A DNA stretch of 64,000 nucleotides from Bradymonadia bacterium (GTDB lineage Bacteria > Myxococcota_A > Bradymonadia > UBA7976 > UBA1532): assembly GCA_044376085.1 (NCBI GenBank), contig JBILLN010000009.1, positions 524 to 64,523 of the forward strand, read 5' to 3'. How positions within the stretch are numbered: the stretch's first letter is position 1; every line of letters begins with the position of its first letter. Position numbers and translations under genes: made by a program. Shown here piece by piece: positions 63,971 through 64,000 of this stretch. The notes under the pieces are model-generated. The model ran no database searches. It had not been told where the DNA came from and was given only the letters and a program-made list of their open reading frames with translations.

Positions 63971-64000
63971 GGGCGGCGAGCGCGTCCCGGGCCCTGGCGA

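Noticed and set aside
62898-64000. tRNA-Ala as an integration site for a genomic island
   Set aside because: No integrase and no direct repeat of the tRNA 3' end are visible in the ~1 kb that remains downstream. The next gene is an ordinary alpha/beta hydrolase. This cannot be assessed further at the window edge.

Overview
Very GC-rich (about 70% by eye, not computed) bacterial chromosomal segment. The gene content suggests Myxococcota, which is inference only: many Cys-rich lipoproteins with Gly/Pro linkers, a eukaryote-like Ser/Thr kinase plus PP2C phosphatase, a sigma-54-type promoter, PrkA-YeaH-SpoVR and TPR proteins. I call 42 protein-coding genes, one tRNA-Ala(CGC) with its own promoter and terminator, a few promoter candidates and three repeat features. 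I saw no rRNA, CRISPR array, transposase, integrase or phage genes. At this GC content every frame carries very long spurious ORFs. Calls therefore rest on recognisable catalytic or structural motifs, signal peptides and lipoboxes, Shine-Dalgarno (SD) sequences and start/stop coupling (ATGA or TTGA overlaps at 1347, 7013, 21681, 51996 and 54471). No database search was possible, so family names come from motif recognition by eye. Best leads: (1) 44693-50335, one ORF fusing a cytoplasmic HxxxCxxC anti-sigma module to a membrane-anchored alpha-2-macroglobulin (A2M) that lacks the thioester Cys and carries a 4-TM insertion, divergent from a Ser/Thr kinase. (2) 10519-13125, a modular Cys-rich lipoprotein with three canonical Kunitz/BPTI domains, all with acidic P1, plus four other repeated Cys-rich module types. 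(3) 4700-9689, a near-consensus sigma-54 promoter, a 45-codon ORF, a polyprenyl-synthase-like/terpene-cyclase-like fusion, a multi-TM histidine kinase (TTGA-coupled) and a hybrid receiver-kinase; this layout is reminiscent of ComQXPA peptide-isoprenylation signalling. Secondary leads: a 2167-aa pentapeptide-repeat lipoprotein with a roughly 97% identical 555-bp internal duplication, a cytochrome-b5-fused front-end desaturase, a fourth gene coupled to prkA-yeaH-spoVR, and an MshEN-type c-di-GMP-binding motif protein.
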